From assembly GCA_964057225.1 (NCBI GenBank), contig OZ059900.1, forward strand, positions 23,622,001 through 23,686,000: 64,000 nt of DNA, given 5' to 3'. The DNA is from Auanema rhodensis (Eukaryota > Animalia > Nematoda). Position 1 is the first letter of the stretch. Every line of letters starts with the position of its first letter. Positions 1 through 13,800 of this stretch are shown piece after piece. A program made the translations under genes and the position numbers. The notes under the pieces are model-generated. The model ran no database searches and was not told the DNA's origin. It was given only the letters and a program-made list of their open reading frames with translations.

Positions 1-232
1 GCTTGTGTAATATATAATAGCAATAATAGTTTCGTTTCTGTTTTTAATTAACTTTCCTGTACGCGAGTTATAATATTTAGAACGTGATTCCTTGATTATG
101 AAAAACTTTCAGAGCCTGCACTGATAATATAATTGGAAACAGGCAGTACGCAATACGCAAACATTTGAATGACAGCTTTAATACAATACGACTTAGTTTA
201 CTCAATTATATCAAGCTTCATGAACACGGACT
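1..232 (+). repeat. Reference long monomer (232 bp)
   Basis: Counted 36 G and 38 C in 232 bp, with 8 CpG. Contains TTAATTAA, AAGCTT, TTCATGAA and the internal TACGCAA-TACGCAA duplication. Confidence 0.98.
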
Positions 233-928
233 GCTTGTGTAATATATAATAGCAATAATAGTTTCGTTTCTGTTTTTAATTAACTTTCCTGTACGCGAGT
301 TATAATATTTAGAACGTGATTCCTTGATTATGAAAAACTTTCAGAGCCTGCACTGATAATATAATTGGAAACAGGCAGTACGCAATACGCAAACATTTGA
401 ATGACAGCTTTATTACAATACGACTTAGTTTACTCAATTATATCAAGCTTCATGAACACGGACTGCTTGTGTAATATATAATAGCAATAATAGTTTCGTT
501 TCTGTTTTTAATTAACTTTCCTGTACGCGAGTTATAATATTTAGAACGTGATTCCTTGATTATGAAAAACTTTCAGAGCCTGCACTGATAATATAATTGG
601 AAACAGGCAGTACGCAATACGCAAACATTTGAATGACAGCTTTAATACAATACGACTTAGCTTACTCAATCATATCAAGCTTCATGAACAGGGACTGTTT
701 GTGTAATAGATGATAGCAATGATAGTTTCGTTTCTGTTTTTAATTAACTTTCCTGTACGCGAGTTATAATATTTAGAACGTGATTCCTTGATTATGAAAA
801 ACTTTCAGAGCCTGCACTGATAATATAATTGGAAACAGGCAGTACGCAATACGCAAACATTTGAATGACAGCTTTAATACAATACGACTTAGCTTACTCA
901 ATCATATCAAGCTTCATGAACAGGGACT

Positions 929-3900
929 GTTTGTGTAATAGATGATAGCAATGATAGTTTCGTTTCTTTTTTTAATTAACTTTCCAGTACGCGAGTTATC
1001 ATATTTAGAACGCGATTGCTTCATAATGAAAAATGTTTAGAGCCTGCACTGATAATATAACTGGAAACAGGCAGTACGCGATACGCAAATATTTGAATGA
1101 CAGCTTTATTACAATACGACTTAGTTTACTCAATTATATCAAGCTTCATGAACACGGACTGCTTGTGTAATATATAATAGCAATAATAGTTTCGTTTCTG
1201 TTTTTAATTAACTTTCCTGTACGCGAGTTGTAATATTTAGAACGTGATTCCTTGATTATGAAAAACTTTCAGAGCCTGCACTGATAATATAATTGGAAAC
1301 AGGCAGTACGCAATACGCAAACATTTGAATGACAGCTTTATTACAATACGACTTAGTTTACTCAATTATATCAAGCTTCATGAACACGGACTGCTTGTGT
1401 AATATATAATAGCAATAATAGTTTCGTTTCTGTTTTTAATTAACTTTCCTGTACGCGAGTTGTAATATTTAGAACGTGATTCCTTGATTATGAAAAACTT
1501 TCAGAGCCTGCACTGATAATATAATTGGAAACAGGCAGTACGCAATACGCAAACATTTGAATGACAGCTTTAATACAATACAACTTAGCTTACTCAATCA
1601 TATCAAGCTTCATGAACAGGGACTGTTTGTGTAATAGATGATAGCAATGATAGTTTCGTTTCTTTTTTTAATTAACTTTCCAGTACGCGAGTTATCATAT
1701 TTAGAAAGCGATTGCTTCATAATGAAAAATATTTAGAGCCTGCACTGATAATATAACTGGCAACAGGCAATACGCAAACATTTGAATGACAGCTTTATTA
1801 CAATACGACTTAGTTTACTCAATCATACCAATCTTCATGAACACGGACTGTTTGTGTAATAGATAATAGCAATAATAGTTTCGTTTCCGTTTTTAATTAA
1901 CTTTCCTGTACGCGAGTTATAATATTTAGAACGTGATTCCTTGATTATGAAAAATTTTTAGAGCCTGCACTGATAATATAACTGGAAACAGGCAGTACGC
2001 GATACGCAAATATTTGAATTACAGCTTTAATACAATACGACTTAGCTTACTCAATCATATCAAGCTTCATGAACAGGAACTGTTTGTGTAATAGATGATA
2101 GCAATGATAGTTTCGTTTCTTTTTTTAATTAACTTTCCAGTACGCGAGTTATCATATTTAGAAAGCGATTGCTTCATAATGAAAAATATTTAGAGCCTGC
2201 ACTGATAATATAACTGGCAACAGGCAATACGCAAACATTTGAATGACAGCTTTATTACAATACGACTTAGTTTAGTCAATCATACCAATCTTCATGAACA
2301 CGGACTGTTTGTGTAATAGATAATAGCAATAATAGTTTCGTTTCTGTTTTTAATTAACTTTCCTGTACGCGAGTTATAATATTTAGAACGTGATTCCTTG
2401 ATTATGAAAAATTTTTAGAGCCTGCACTGATAATATAACTGGAAACAGGCAGTACGCGATACGCAAATATTTGAATGACTGCTTCATTACAATACGACTT
2501 AGTTTACTCAATTATATCAAGCTTCATGAACACGGACTGCTTGTGTAATATATAATAGCAATAATAGTTTCGTTTCTGTTTTTAATTAACTTTCCTGTAC
2601 GCGAGTTATAATATTTAGAACGTGATTCCTTGATTATGAAAAACTTTCAGAGCCTGCACTGATAATATAATTGGAAACAGGCAGTACGCAATACGCAAAC
2701 ATTTGAATGACAGCTTTAATACAATACGACTTAGCTTACTCAATCATATCAAGCTTCATGAACAGGGACTGTTTGTGTAATAGATGATAGCAATGATAGT
2801 TTCGTTTCTTTTTTTAATTAACTTTCCAGTACGCGAGTTATCATATTTAGAACGCGATTGCTTCATAATGAAAAATGTTTAGAGCCTGCACTGATAATAT
2901 AACTGGAAACAGGCAGTACGCGATACGCAAATATTTGAATGACAGCTTTATTACAATACGACTTAGTTTACTCAATTATATCAAGCTTCATGAACACGGA
3001 CTGCTTGTGTAATATATAATAGCAATAATAGTTTCGTTTCTGTTTTTAATTAACTTTCCTGTACGCGAGTTGTAATATTTAGAACGTGATTCCTTGATTA
3101 TGAAAAACTTTCAGAGCCTGCACTGATAATATAATTGGAAACAGGCAGTACGCAATACGCAAACATTTGAATGACAGCTTTATTACAATACGACTTAGTT
3201 TACTCAATTATATCAAGCTTCATGAACACGGACTGCTTGTGTAATATATAATAGCAATAATAGTTTCGTTTCTGTTTTTAATTAACTTTCCTGTACGCGA
3301 GTTGTAATATTTAGAACGTGATTCCTTGATTATGAAAAACTTTCAGAGCCTGCACTGATAATATAATTGGAAACAGGCAGTACGCAATACGCAAACATTT
3401 GAATGACAGCTTTAATACAATACAACTTAGCTTACTCAATCATATCAAGCTTCATGAACAGGGACTGTTTGTGTAATAGATGATAGCAATGATAGTTTCG
3501 TTTCTTTTTTTAATTAACTTTCCAGTACGCGAGTTATCATATTTAGAAAGCGATTGCTTCATAATGAAAAATATTTAGAGCCTGCACTGATAATATAACT
3601 GGCAACAGGCAATACGCAAACATTTGAATGACAGCTTTATTACAATACGACTTAGTTTACTCAATCATACCAATCTTCATGAACACGGACTGTTTGTGTA
3701 ATAGATAATAGCAATAATAGTTTCGTTTCTGTTTTTAATTAACTTTCCTGTACGCGAGTTATAATATTTAGAACGTGATTCCTTGATTATGAAAAATTTT
3801 TAGAGCCTGCACTGATAATATAACTGGAAACAGGCAGTACGCGATACGCAAATATTTGAATTACAGCTTTAATACAATACGACTTAGCTTACTCAATCAT

Positions 3901-4470
3901 ATCAAGCTTCATGAACAGGAACTGTTTGTGTAATAGATGATAGCAATGATAGTTTCGTTTCTTTTTTTAATTAACTTTCCAGTACGCGAGTTATCATATT
4001 TAGAAAGCGATTGCTTCATAATGAAAAATATTTAGAGCCTGCACTGATAATATAACTGGCAACAGGCAATACGCAAACATTTGAATGACAGCTTTATTAC
4101 AATACGACTTAGTTTACTCAATCATACCAATCTTCATGAACACGGACTGTTTGTGTAATAGATAATAGCAATAATAGTTTCGTTTCTGTTTTTAATTAAC
4201 TTTCCTGTACGCGAGTTATAATATTTAGAACGTGATTCCTTGATTATGAAAAATTTTTAGAGCCTGCACTGATAATATAACTGGAAACAGGCAGTACGCG
4301 ATACGCAAATATTTGAATGACTGCTTCATTACAATACGACTTAGTTTACTCAATTATATCAAGCTTCATGAACACGGACTGCTTGTGTAATATATAATAG
4401 CAATAATAGTTTCGTTTCTGTTTTTAATTAACTTTCCTGTACGCGAGTTATAATATTTAGAACGTGATTC
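929..4470 (+). repeat. 8-monomer higher-order tandem duplication, period 1842 bp (8x232-14)
   Basis: Rare markers CAACTT at 1581/3423 and GAACAGGAAC at 2071/3913, both offset by 1842. Confidence 0.92.
1625..1849 (+). repeat. Reference short monomer (225 bp, 7-bp deletion)
   Basis: GGCAACAGGC-AATACGC-AAAC instead of GGAAACAGGC-AGTACGC-AATACGC-AAAC; the next monomer starts 225 bp later. Confidence 0.97.
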
Positions 4471-7400
4471 TTTGATTATGAAAAATTTTTAGAGCCTGCA
4501 CTGATAATATAACTGGAAACAGGCAGTACGCGATACGTAAATATTTGAATGACAGCTTTAATACAATACGACTTAGCTTACTCAATCATATCAAGCTTCA
4601 TGAACAGGGACTGTTTGTGTAATAGATGATAGCAATGATAGTTTCGTTTCTTTTTTTAATTAACTTTCCAGTACGCGAGTTATAATATTTAGAACGTGAT
4701 TTCTTGATTATGAAAAATTTTTAGAGCCTGCACTGATAATATAACTGGAAACAGGCAGTACGCGATACGCAAATATTTGAATGACAGCTTTAATACAATA
4801 CGACTTAGCTTACTCAATCATATCAAGCTTCATGAACAGGGACTGTTTGTGTAATAGATGATAGCAATGATAGTTTCGTTTCTTTTTTTAAGTAACTTTC
4901 CAGTACGCGAGTTATCATATTTAGAACGCGATTGCTTCATAATGAAAAATGTTTAGAGCCTGCACTGATAATATAACTGGCAACAGGCAGTACGCAAACA
5001 TTTGAATGACAGCTTTATTACAATACGACTTAGTTTACTCAATCATATCAAGCTTCATGAACACGGACTGTTTGTGCAATAGATGATAGCAATGATAGTT
5101 TCGTTTCTTTTTTTAATTAACTTTCCAGTACGCGAGGTATAATATTTAGAACGCGATTCCTTGATAATGAAAAACTTTCAGAGCCTGCACTGATAATATA
5201 ATTGGAAACAGGCAGTACGCAATACGCAAACATTTGAATGACAGCTTTATTACAATACGACTTAGTTTACTCAATTATATCAAGCTTCATGAACACGGAC
5301 TGCTTGTGTAATATATAATAGCAATAATAGTTTCGTTTCTGTTTTTAATTAACTTTCCTGTACGCGAGTTATAATATTTAGAACGTGATTCCTTGATTAT
5401 GAAAAATTTTTAGAGCCTGCACTGATAATATAACTGGAAACAGGCAGTACGCGATACGCAAATATTTGAATGACAGCTTTATTACAATACGACTTAGTTT
5501 ACTCAATTATATCAAGCTTCATGAACACGGACTGCTTGTGTAATATATAATAGCAATAATAGTTTCGTTTCTGTTTTTAATTAACTTTCCTGTACGCGAG
5601 TTATAATATTTAGAACGTGATTCCTTGATTATGAAAAACTTTCAGAGCCTGCACTGATAATATAATTGGAAACAGGCAGTACGCAATACGCAAACATTTG
5701 AATGACAGCTTTATTACAATACGACTTAGTTTACTCAATTATATCAAGCTTCATGAACACGGACTGCTTGTGTAATATATAATAGCAATAATAGTTTCGT
5801 TTCTGTTTTTAATTAACTTTCCTGTACGCGAGTTATAATATTTAGAACGTGATTCCTTGATTATGAAAAACTTTCAGAGCCTGCACTGATAATATAATTG
5901 GAAACAGGCAGTACGCAATACGCAAACATTTGAATGACAGCTTTATTACAATACGACTTAGTTTACTCAATTATATCAAGCTTCATGAACACGGACTGTT
6001 TGTGCAATAGATGATAGCAATGATAATTTCGTTTCTTTTTTCAATTAACTTTCCTGTACGCGAGTTATAATATTTAGAACGTGATTCCTTGATTATGAAA
6101 AACTTTCAGAGCCTGCACTGATAATATAATTGGAAACAGGCAGTACGCAATACGCAAACATTTGAATGACAGCTTTATTACAATACGACTTAGTTTACTC
6201 AATTATATCAAGCTTCATGAACACGGACTGCTTGTGTAATATATAATAGCAATAATAGTTTCGTTTCTGTTTTTAATTAACTTTCCTGTACGCGAGTTAT
6301 AATATTTAGAACGTGATTCCTTGATTATGAAAAACTTTCAGAGCCTGCACTGATAATATAATTGGAAACAGGCAGTACGCAATACGCAAACATTTGAATG
6401 ACAGCTTTATTACAATACGACTTAGTTTACTCAATTATATCAAGCTTCATGAACACGGACTGCTTGTGTAATATATAATAGCAATAATAGTTTCGTTTCT
6501 GTTTTTAATTAACTTTCCTGTACGCGAGTTATAATATTTAGAACGTGATTCCTTGATTATGAAAAACTTTCAGAGCCTGCACTGATAATATAATTGGAAA
6601 CAGGCAGTACGCAATACGCAAACATTTGAATGACAGCTTTATTACAATACGACTTAGCTTACTCAATCATATCAAGCTTCATGAACAGGGACTGTTTGTG
6701 TAATAGATGATAGCAATGATAGTTTCGTTTCTGTTTTTAATTAACTTTCCTGTACGCGAGTTATCATATTTAGAACGCGATTGCTTCATAATGAAAAATG
6801 TTTAGAGCCTGCACTGATAATATAACTGGCAACAGGCAATACGCAAACATTTGAATGACAGCTTTATTACAATACGACTTAGTTTACTCAATCATATCAA
6901 GCTTCATGAACACGGACTGTTTGTGCAATAGATGATAGCAATGATAGTTTCGTTTCTTTTTTTAATTAACTTTCCAGTACGCGAGTTATAATATTTAGAA
7001 CGCGATTCCTTGATAATGAAAAACTTTCAGAGCCTGCACTGATAATATAATTGGAAACAGGCAGTACGCAATACGCAAACATTTGAATGACAGCTTTATT
7101 ACAATACGACTTAGTTTACTCAATTATATCAAGCTTCATGAACACGGACTGCTTGTGTAATATATAATAGCAATAATAGTTTCGTTTCTGTTTTTAATTA
7201 ACTTTCCTGTACGCGAGTTATAATATTTAGAACGTGATTCCTTGATTATGAAAAACTTTCAGAGCCTGCACTGATAATATAATTGGAAACAGGCAGTACG
7301 CAATACGCAAACATTTGAATGACAGCTTTAATACAATACGACTTAGTTTACTCAATTATATCAAGCTTCATGAACACGGACTGCTTGTGTAATATATAAT

Positions 7401-10400
7401 AGCAATAATAGTTTCGTTTCTGTTTTTAATTAACTTTCCTGTACGCGAGTTATAATATTTAGAACGTGATTCCTTGATTATGAAAAACTTTCAGAGCCTG
7501 CACTGATAATATAATTGGAAACAGGCAGTACGCAATACGCAAACATTTGAATGACAGCTTTATTACAATACGACTTAGTTTACTCAATTATATCAAGCTT
7601 CATGAACACGGACTGCTTGTGTAATATATAATAGCAATAATAGTTTCGTTTCTGTTTTTAATTAACTTTCCTGTACGCGAGTTATAATATTTAGAACGTG
7701 ATTCCTTGATTATGAAAAACTTTCAGAGCCTGCACTGATAATATAATTGGAAACAGGCAGTACGCAATACGCAAACATTTGAATGACAGCTTTAATACAA
7801 TACGACTTAGCTTACTCAATCATATCAAGCTTCATGAACAGGGACTGTTTGTGTAATAGATGATAGCAATGATAGTTTCGTTTCTGTTTTTAATTAACTT
7901 TCCTGTACACGAGTTATAATATTTAGAACGTGATTCCTTGATTATGAAAAACTTTCAGAGCCTGCACTGATAATATAATTGGAAACAGGCAGTACGCAAT
8001 ACGCAAACATTTGAATGACAGCTTTAATACAATACGACTTAGCTTACTCAATCATATCAAGCTTCATGAACAGGGACTGTTTGTGTAATAGATGATAGCA
8101 ATGATAGTTTCGTTTCTTTTTTTAATTAACTTTCCAGTACGCGAGTTATCATATTTAGAACGCGATTGCTTCATAATGAAAAATGTTTAGAGCCTGCACT
8201 GATAATATAACTGGAAACAGGCAGTACGCGATACGCAAATATTTGAATGACAGCTTTATTACAATACGACTTAGTTTACTCAATTATATCAAGCTTCATG
8301 AACACGGACTGCTTGTGTAATATATAATAGCAATAATAGTTTCGTTTCTGTTTTTAATTAACTTTCCTGTACGCGAGTTGTAATATTTAGAACGTGATTC
8401 CTTGATTATGAAAAACTTTCAGAGCCTGCACTGATAATATAATTGGAAACAGGCAGTACGCAATACGCAAACATTTGAATGACAGCTTTATTACAATACG
8501 ACTTAGTTTACTCAATTATATCAAGCTTCATGAACACGGACTGCTTGTGTAATATATAATAGCAATAATAGTTTCGTTTCTGTTTTTAATTAACTTTCCT
8601 GTACGCGAGTTGTAATATTTAGAACGTGATTCCTTGATTATGAAAAACTTTCAGAGCCTGCACTGATAATATAATTGGAAACAGGCAGTACGCAATACGC
8701 AAACATTTGAATGACAGCTTTAATACAATACAACTTAGCTTACTCAATCATATCAAGCTTCATGAACAGGGACTGTTTGTGTAATAGATGATAGCAATGA
8801 TAGTTTCGTTTCTTTTTTTAATTAACTTTCCAGTACGCGAGTTATCATATTTAGAAAGCGATTGCTTCATAATGAAAAATATTTAGAGCCTGCACTGATA
8901 ATATAACTGGCAACAGGCAATACGCAAACATTTGAATGACAGCTTTATTACAATACGACTTAGTTTACTCAATCATACCAATCTTCATGAACACGGACTG
9001 TTTGTGTAATAGATAATAGCAATAATAGTTTCGTTTCTGTTTTTAATTAACTTTCCTGTACGCGAGTTATAATATTTAGAACGTGATTCCTTGATTATGA
9101 AAAATTTTTAGAGCCTGCACTGATAATATAACTGGAAACAGGCAGTACGCGATACGCAAATATTTGAATTACAGCTTTAATACAATACGACTTAGCTTAC
9201 TCAATCATATCAAGCTTCATGAACAGGAACTGTTTGTGTAATAGATGATAGCAATGATAGTTTCGTTTCTTTTTTTAATTAACTTTCCAGTACGCGAGTT
9301 ATCATATTTAGAAAGCGATTGCTTCATAATGAAAAATATTTAGAGCCTGCACTGATAATATAACTGGCAACAGGCAATACGCAAACATTTGAATGACAGC
9401 TTTATTACAATACGACTTAGTTTAGTCAATCATACCAATCTTCATGAACACGGACTGTTTGTGTAATAGATAATAGCAATAATAGTTTCGTTTCTGTTTT
9501 TAATTAACTTTCCTGTACGCGAGTTATAATATTTAGAACGTGATTCCTTGATTATGAAAAATTTTTAGAGCCTGCACTGATAATATAACTGGAAACAGGC
9601 AGTACGCGATACGCAAATATTTGAATGACTGCTTCATTACAATACGACTTAGTTTACTCAATTATATCAAGCTTCATGAACACGGACTGCTTGTGTAATA
9701 TATAATAGCAATAATAGTTTCGTTTCTGTTTTTAATTAACTTTCCTGTACGCGAGTTATAATATTTAGAACGTGATTCCTTGATTATGAAAAACTTTCAG
9801 AGCCTGCACTGATAATATAATTGGAAACAGGCAGTACGCAATACGCAAACATTTGAATGACAGCTTTAATACAATACGACTTAGCTTACTCAATCATATC
9901 AAGCTTCATGAACAGGGACTGTTTGTGTAATAGATGATAGCAATGATAGTTTCGTTTCTTTTTTTAATTAACTTTCCAGTACGCGAGTTATCATATTTAG
10001 AACGCGATTGCTTCATAATGAAAAATGTTTAGAGCCTGCACTGATAATATAACTGGAAACAGGCAGTACGCGATACGCAAATATTTGAATGACAGCTTTA
10101 TTACAATACGACTTAGTTTACTCAATTATATCAAGCTTCATGAACACGGACTGCTTGTGTAATATATAATAGCAATAATAGTTTCGTTTCTGTTTTTAAT
10201 TAACTTTCCTGTACGCGAGTTGTAATATTTAGAACGTGATTCCTTGATTATGAAAAACTTTCAGAGCCTGCACTGATAATATAATTGGAAACAGGCAGTA
10301 CGCAATACGCAAACATTTGAATGACAGCTTTATTACAATACGACTTAGTTTACTCAATTATATCAAGCTTCATGAACACGGACTGCTTGTGTAATATATA

Positions 10401-10869
10401 ATAGCAATAATAGTTTCGTTTCTGTTTTTAATTAACTTTCCTGTACGCGAGTTGTAATATTTAGAACGTGATTCCTTGATTATGAAAAACTTTCAGAGCC
10501 TGCACTGATAATATAATTGGAAACAGGCAGTACGCAATACGCAAACATTTGAATGACAGCTTTAATACAATACAACTTAGCTTACTCAATCATATCAAGC
10601 TTCATGAACAGGGACTGTTTGTGTAATAGATGATAGCAATGATAGTTTCGTTTCTTTTTTTAATTAACTTTCCAGTACGCGAGTTATCATATTTAGAAAG
10701 CGATTGCTTCATAATGAAAAATATTTAGAGCCTGCACTGATAATATAACTGGCAACAGGCAATACGCAAACATTTGAATGACAGCTTTATTACAATACGA
10801 CTTAGTTTACTCAATCATACCAATCTTCATGAACACGGACTGTTTGTGTAATAGATAATAGCAATAATA

Positions 10870-13800
10870 GTTTCGTTTCTGTTTTTAATTAACTTTCCTG
10901 TACGCGAGTTATAATATTTAGAACGTGATTCCTTGATTATGAAAAATTTTTAGAGCCTGCACTGATAATATAACTGGAAACAGGCAGTACGCGATACGCA
11001 AATATTTGAATGACTGCTTCATTACAATACGACTTAGTTTACTCAATTATATCAAGCTTCATGAACACGGACTGCTTGTGTAATATATAATAGCAATAAT
11101 AGTTTCGTTTCTGTTTTTAATTAACTTTCCTGTACGCGAGTTATAATATTTAGAACGTGATTCTTTGATTATGAAAAATTTTTAGAGCCTGCACTGATAA
11201 TATAACTGGAAACAGGCAGTACGCGATACGTAAATATTTGAATGACAGCTTTAATACAATACGACTTAGCTTACTCAATCATATCAAGCTTCATGAACAG
11301 GGACTGTTTGTGTAATAGATGATAGCAATGATAGTTTCGTTTCTTTTTTTAATTAACTTTCCAGTACGCGAGTTATAATATTTAGAACGTGATTTCTTGA
11401 TTATGAAAAATTTTTAGAGCCTGCACTGATAATATAACTGGAAACAGGCAGTACGCGATACGCAAATATTTGAATGACAGCTTTAATACAATACGACTTA
11501 GTTTACTCAATTATATCAAGCTTCATGAACAGGGACTGTTTGTGTAATAGATGATAGCAATGATAGTTTCGTTTCTTTTTTTAATTAACTTTCCAGTACG
11601 CGAGGTATAATATTTAGAACGCGATTCCTTGATAATGAAAAACTTTCAGAGCCTGCACTGATAATATAATTGGAAACAGGCAGTACGCAATACGCAAACA
11701 TTTGAATGACAGCTTTATTACAATACGACTTAGTTTACTCAATTATATCAAGCTTCATGAACACGGACTGCTTGTGTAATATATAATAGCAATAATAGTT
11801 TCGTTTCTGTTTTTAATTAACTTTCCTGTACGCGAGTTATAATATTTAGAACGTGATTCCTTGATTATGAAAAATTTTTAGAGCCTGCACTGATAATATA
11901 ACTGGAAACAGGCAGTACGCGATACGCAAATATTTGAATGACAGCTTTATTACAATACGACTTAGTTTACTCAATTATATCAAGCTTCATGAACACGGAC
12001 TGCTTGTGTAATATATAATAGCAATAATAGTTTCGTTTCTGTTTTTAATTAACTTTCCTGTACGCGAGTTATAATATTTAGAACGTGATTCCTTGATTAT
12101 GAAAAACTTTCAGAGCCTGCACTGATAATATAATTGGAAACAGGCAGTACGCAATACGCAAACATTTGAATGACAGCTTTATTACAATACGACTTAGTTT
12201 ACTCAATTATATCAAGCTTCATGAACACGGACTGCTTGTGTAATATATAATAGCAATAATAGTTTCGTTTCTGTTTTTAATTAACTTTCCTGTACGCGAG
12301 TTATAATATTTAGAACGTGATTCCTTGATTATGAAAAACTTTCAGAGCCTGCACTGATAATATAATTGGAAACAGGCAGTACGCAATACGCAAACATTTG
12401 AATGACAGCTTTATTACAATACGACTTAGTTTACTCAATTATATCAAGCTTCATGAACACGGACTGTTTGTGCAATAGATGATAGCAATGATAATTTCGT
12501 TTCTTTTTTCAATTAACTTTCCTGTACGCGAGTTATAATATTTAGAACGTGATTCCTTGATTATGAAAAACTTTCAGAGCCTGCACTGATAATATAATTG
12601 GAAACAGGCAGTACGCAATACGCAAACATTTGAATGACAGCTTTATTACAATACGACTTAGTTTACTCAATTATATCAAGCTTCATGAACACGGACTGCT
12701 TGTGTAATATATAATAGCAATAATAGTTTCGTTTCTGTTTTTAATTAACTTTCCTGTACGCGAGTTATAATATTTAGAACGTGATTCCTTGATTATGAAA
12801 AATTTTTAGAGCCTGCACTGATAATATAACTGGAAACAGGCAGTACGCGATACGCAAATATTTGAATGACAGCTTTATTACAATACGACTTAGTTTACTC
12901 AATTATATCAAGCTTCATGAACACGGACTGCTTGTGTAATATATAATAGCAATAATAGTTTCGTTTCTGTTTTTAATTAACTTTCCTGTACGCGAGTTAT
13001 AATATTTAGAACGTGATTCCTTGATTATGAAAAATTTTTAGAGCCTGCACTGATAATATAACTGGAAACAGGCAGTACGCGATACGCAAATATTTGAATG
13101 ACTGCTTCATTACAATACGACTTAGTTTACTCAATTATATCAAGCTTCATGAACACGGACTGCTTGTGTAATATATAATAGCAATAATAGTTTCGTTTCT
13201 GTTTTTAATTAACTTTCCTGTACGCGAGTTATAATATTTAGAACGTGATTCTTTGATTATGAAAAATTTTTAGAGCCTGCACTGATAATATAACTGGAAA
13301 CAGGCAGTACGCGATACGTAAATATTTGAATGACAGCTTTAATACAATACGACTTAGCTTACTCAATCATATCAAGCTTCATGAACAGGGACTGTTTGTG
13401 TAATAGATGATAGCAATGATAGTTTCGTTTCTTTTTTTAATTAACTTTCCAGTACGCGAGTTATAATATTTAGAACGTGATTTCTTGATTATGAAAAATT
13501 TTTAGAGCCTGCACTGATAATATAACTGGAAACAGGCAGTACGCGATACGCAAATATTTGAATGACAGCTTTAATACAATACGACTTAGTTTACTCAATT
13601 ATATCAAGCTTCATGAACAGGGACTGTTTGTGTAATAGATGATAGCAATGATAGTTTCGTTTCTTTTTTTAATTAACTTTCCAGTACGCGAGGTATAATA
13701 TTTAGAACGCGATTCCTTGATAATGAAAAACTTTCAGAGCCTGCACTGATAATATAATTGGAAACAGGCAGTACGCAATACGCAAACATTTGAATGACAG

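Larger units (their letters stand above)
1..11010 (+). repeat. 31-monomer-period duplication, offset 7150 bp (31x232-6x7); 1-3860 copied at 7151-11010
   Basis: Marker TTTAGTCAAT at 2271 and 9421, identical monomer order, and six short monomers counted in 1-7150. Confidence 0.92.

Noticed and set aside
30-46. CENP-B box suggested by TTTCGTT
   Set aside because: Only the TTCG part matches; the downstream A..CGGG of the functional box (TTCGNNNNANNCGGG) is absent.
11-75. TATAAT / TATATAA promoter-like motifs
   Set aside because: Expected by chance at 68% AT, vary between monomers, and have no downstream gene.
1-232. Tandem 5S rRNA, tRNA, snRNA or spliced-leader gene array
   Set aside because: No recognisable conserved RNA gene sequence, cloverleaf or Pol III A/B/C boxes; composition and variation pattern fit satellite DNA. 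A cmscan against Rfam would be decisive.
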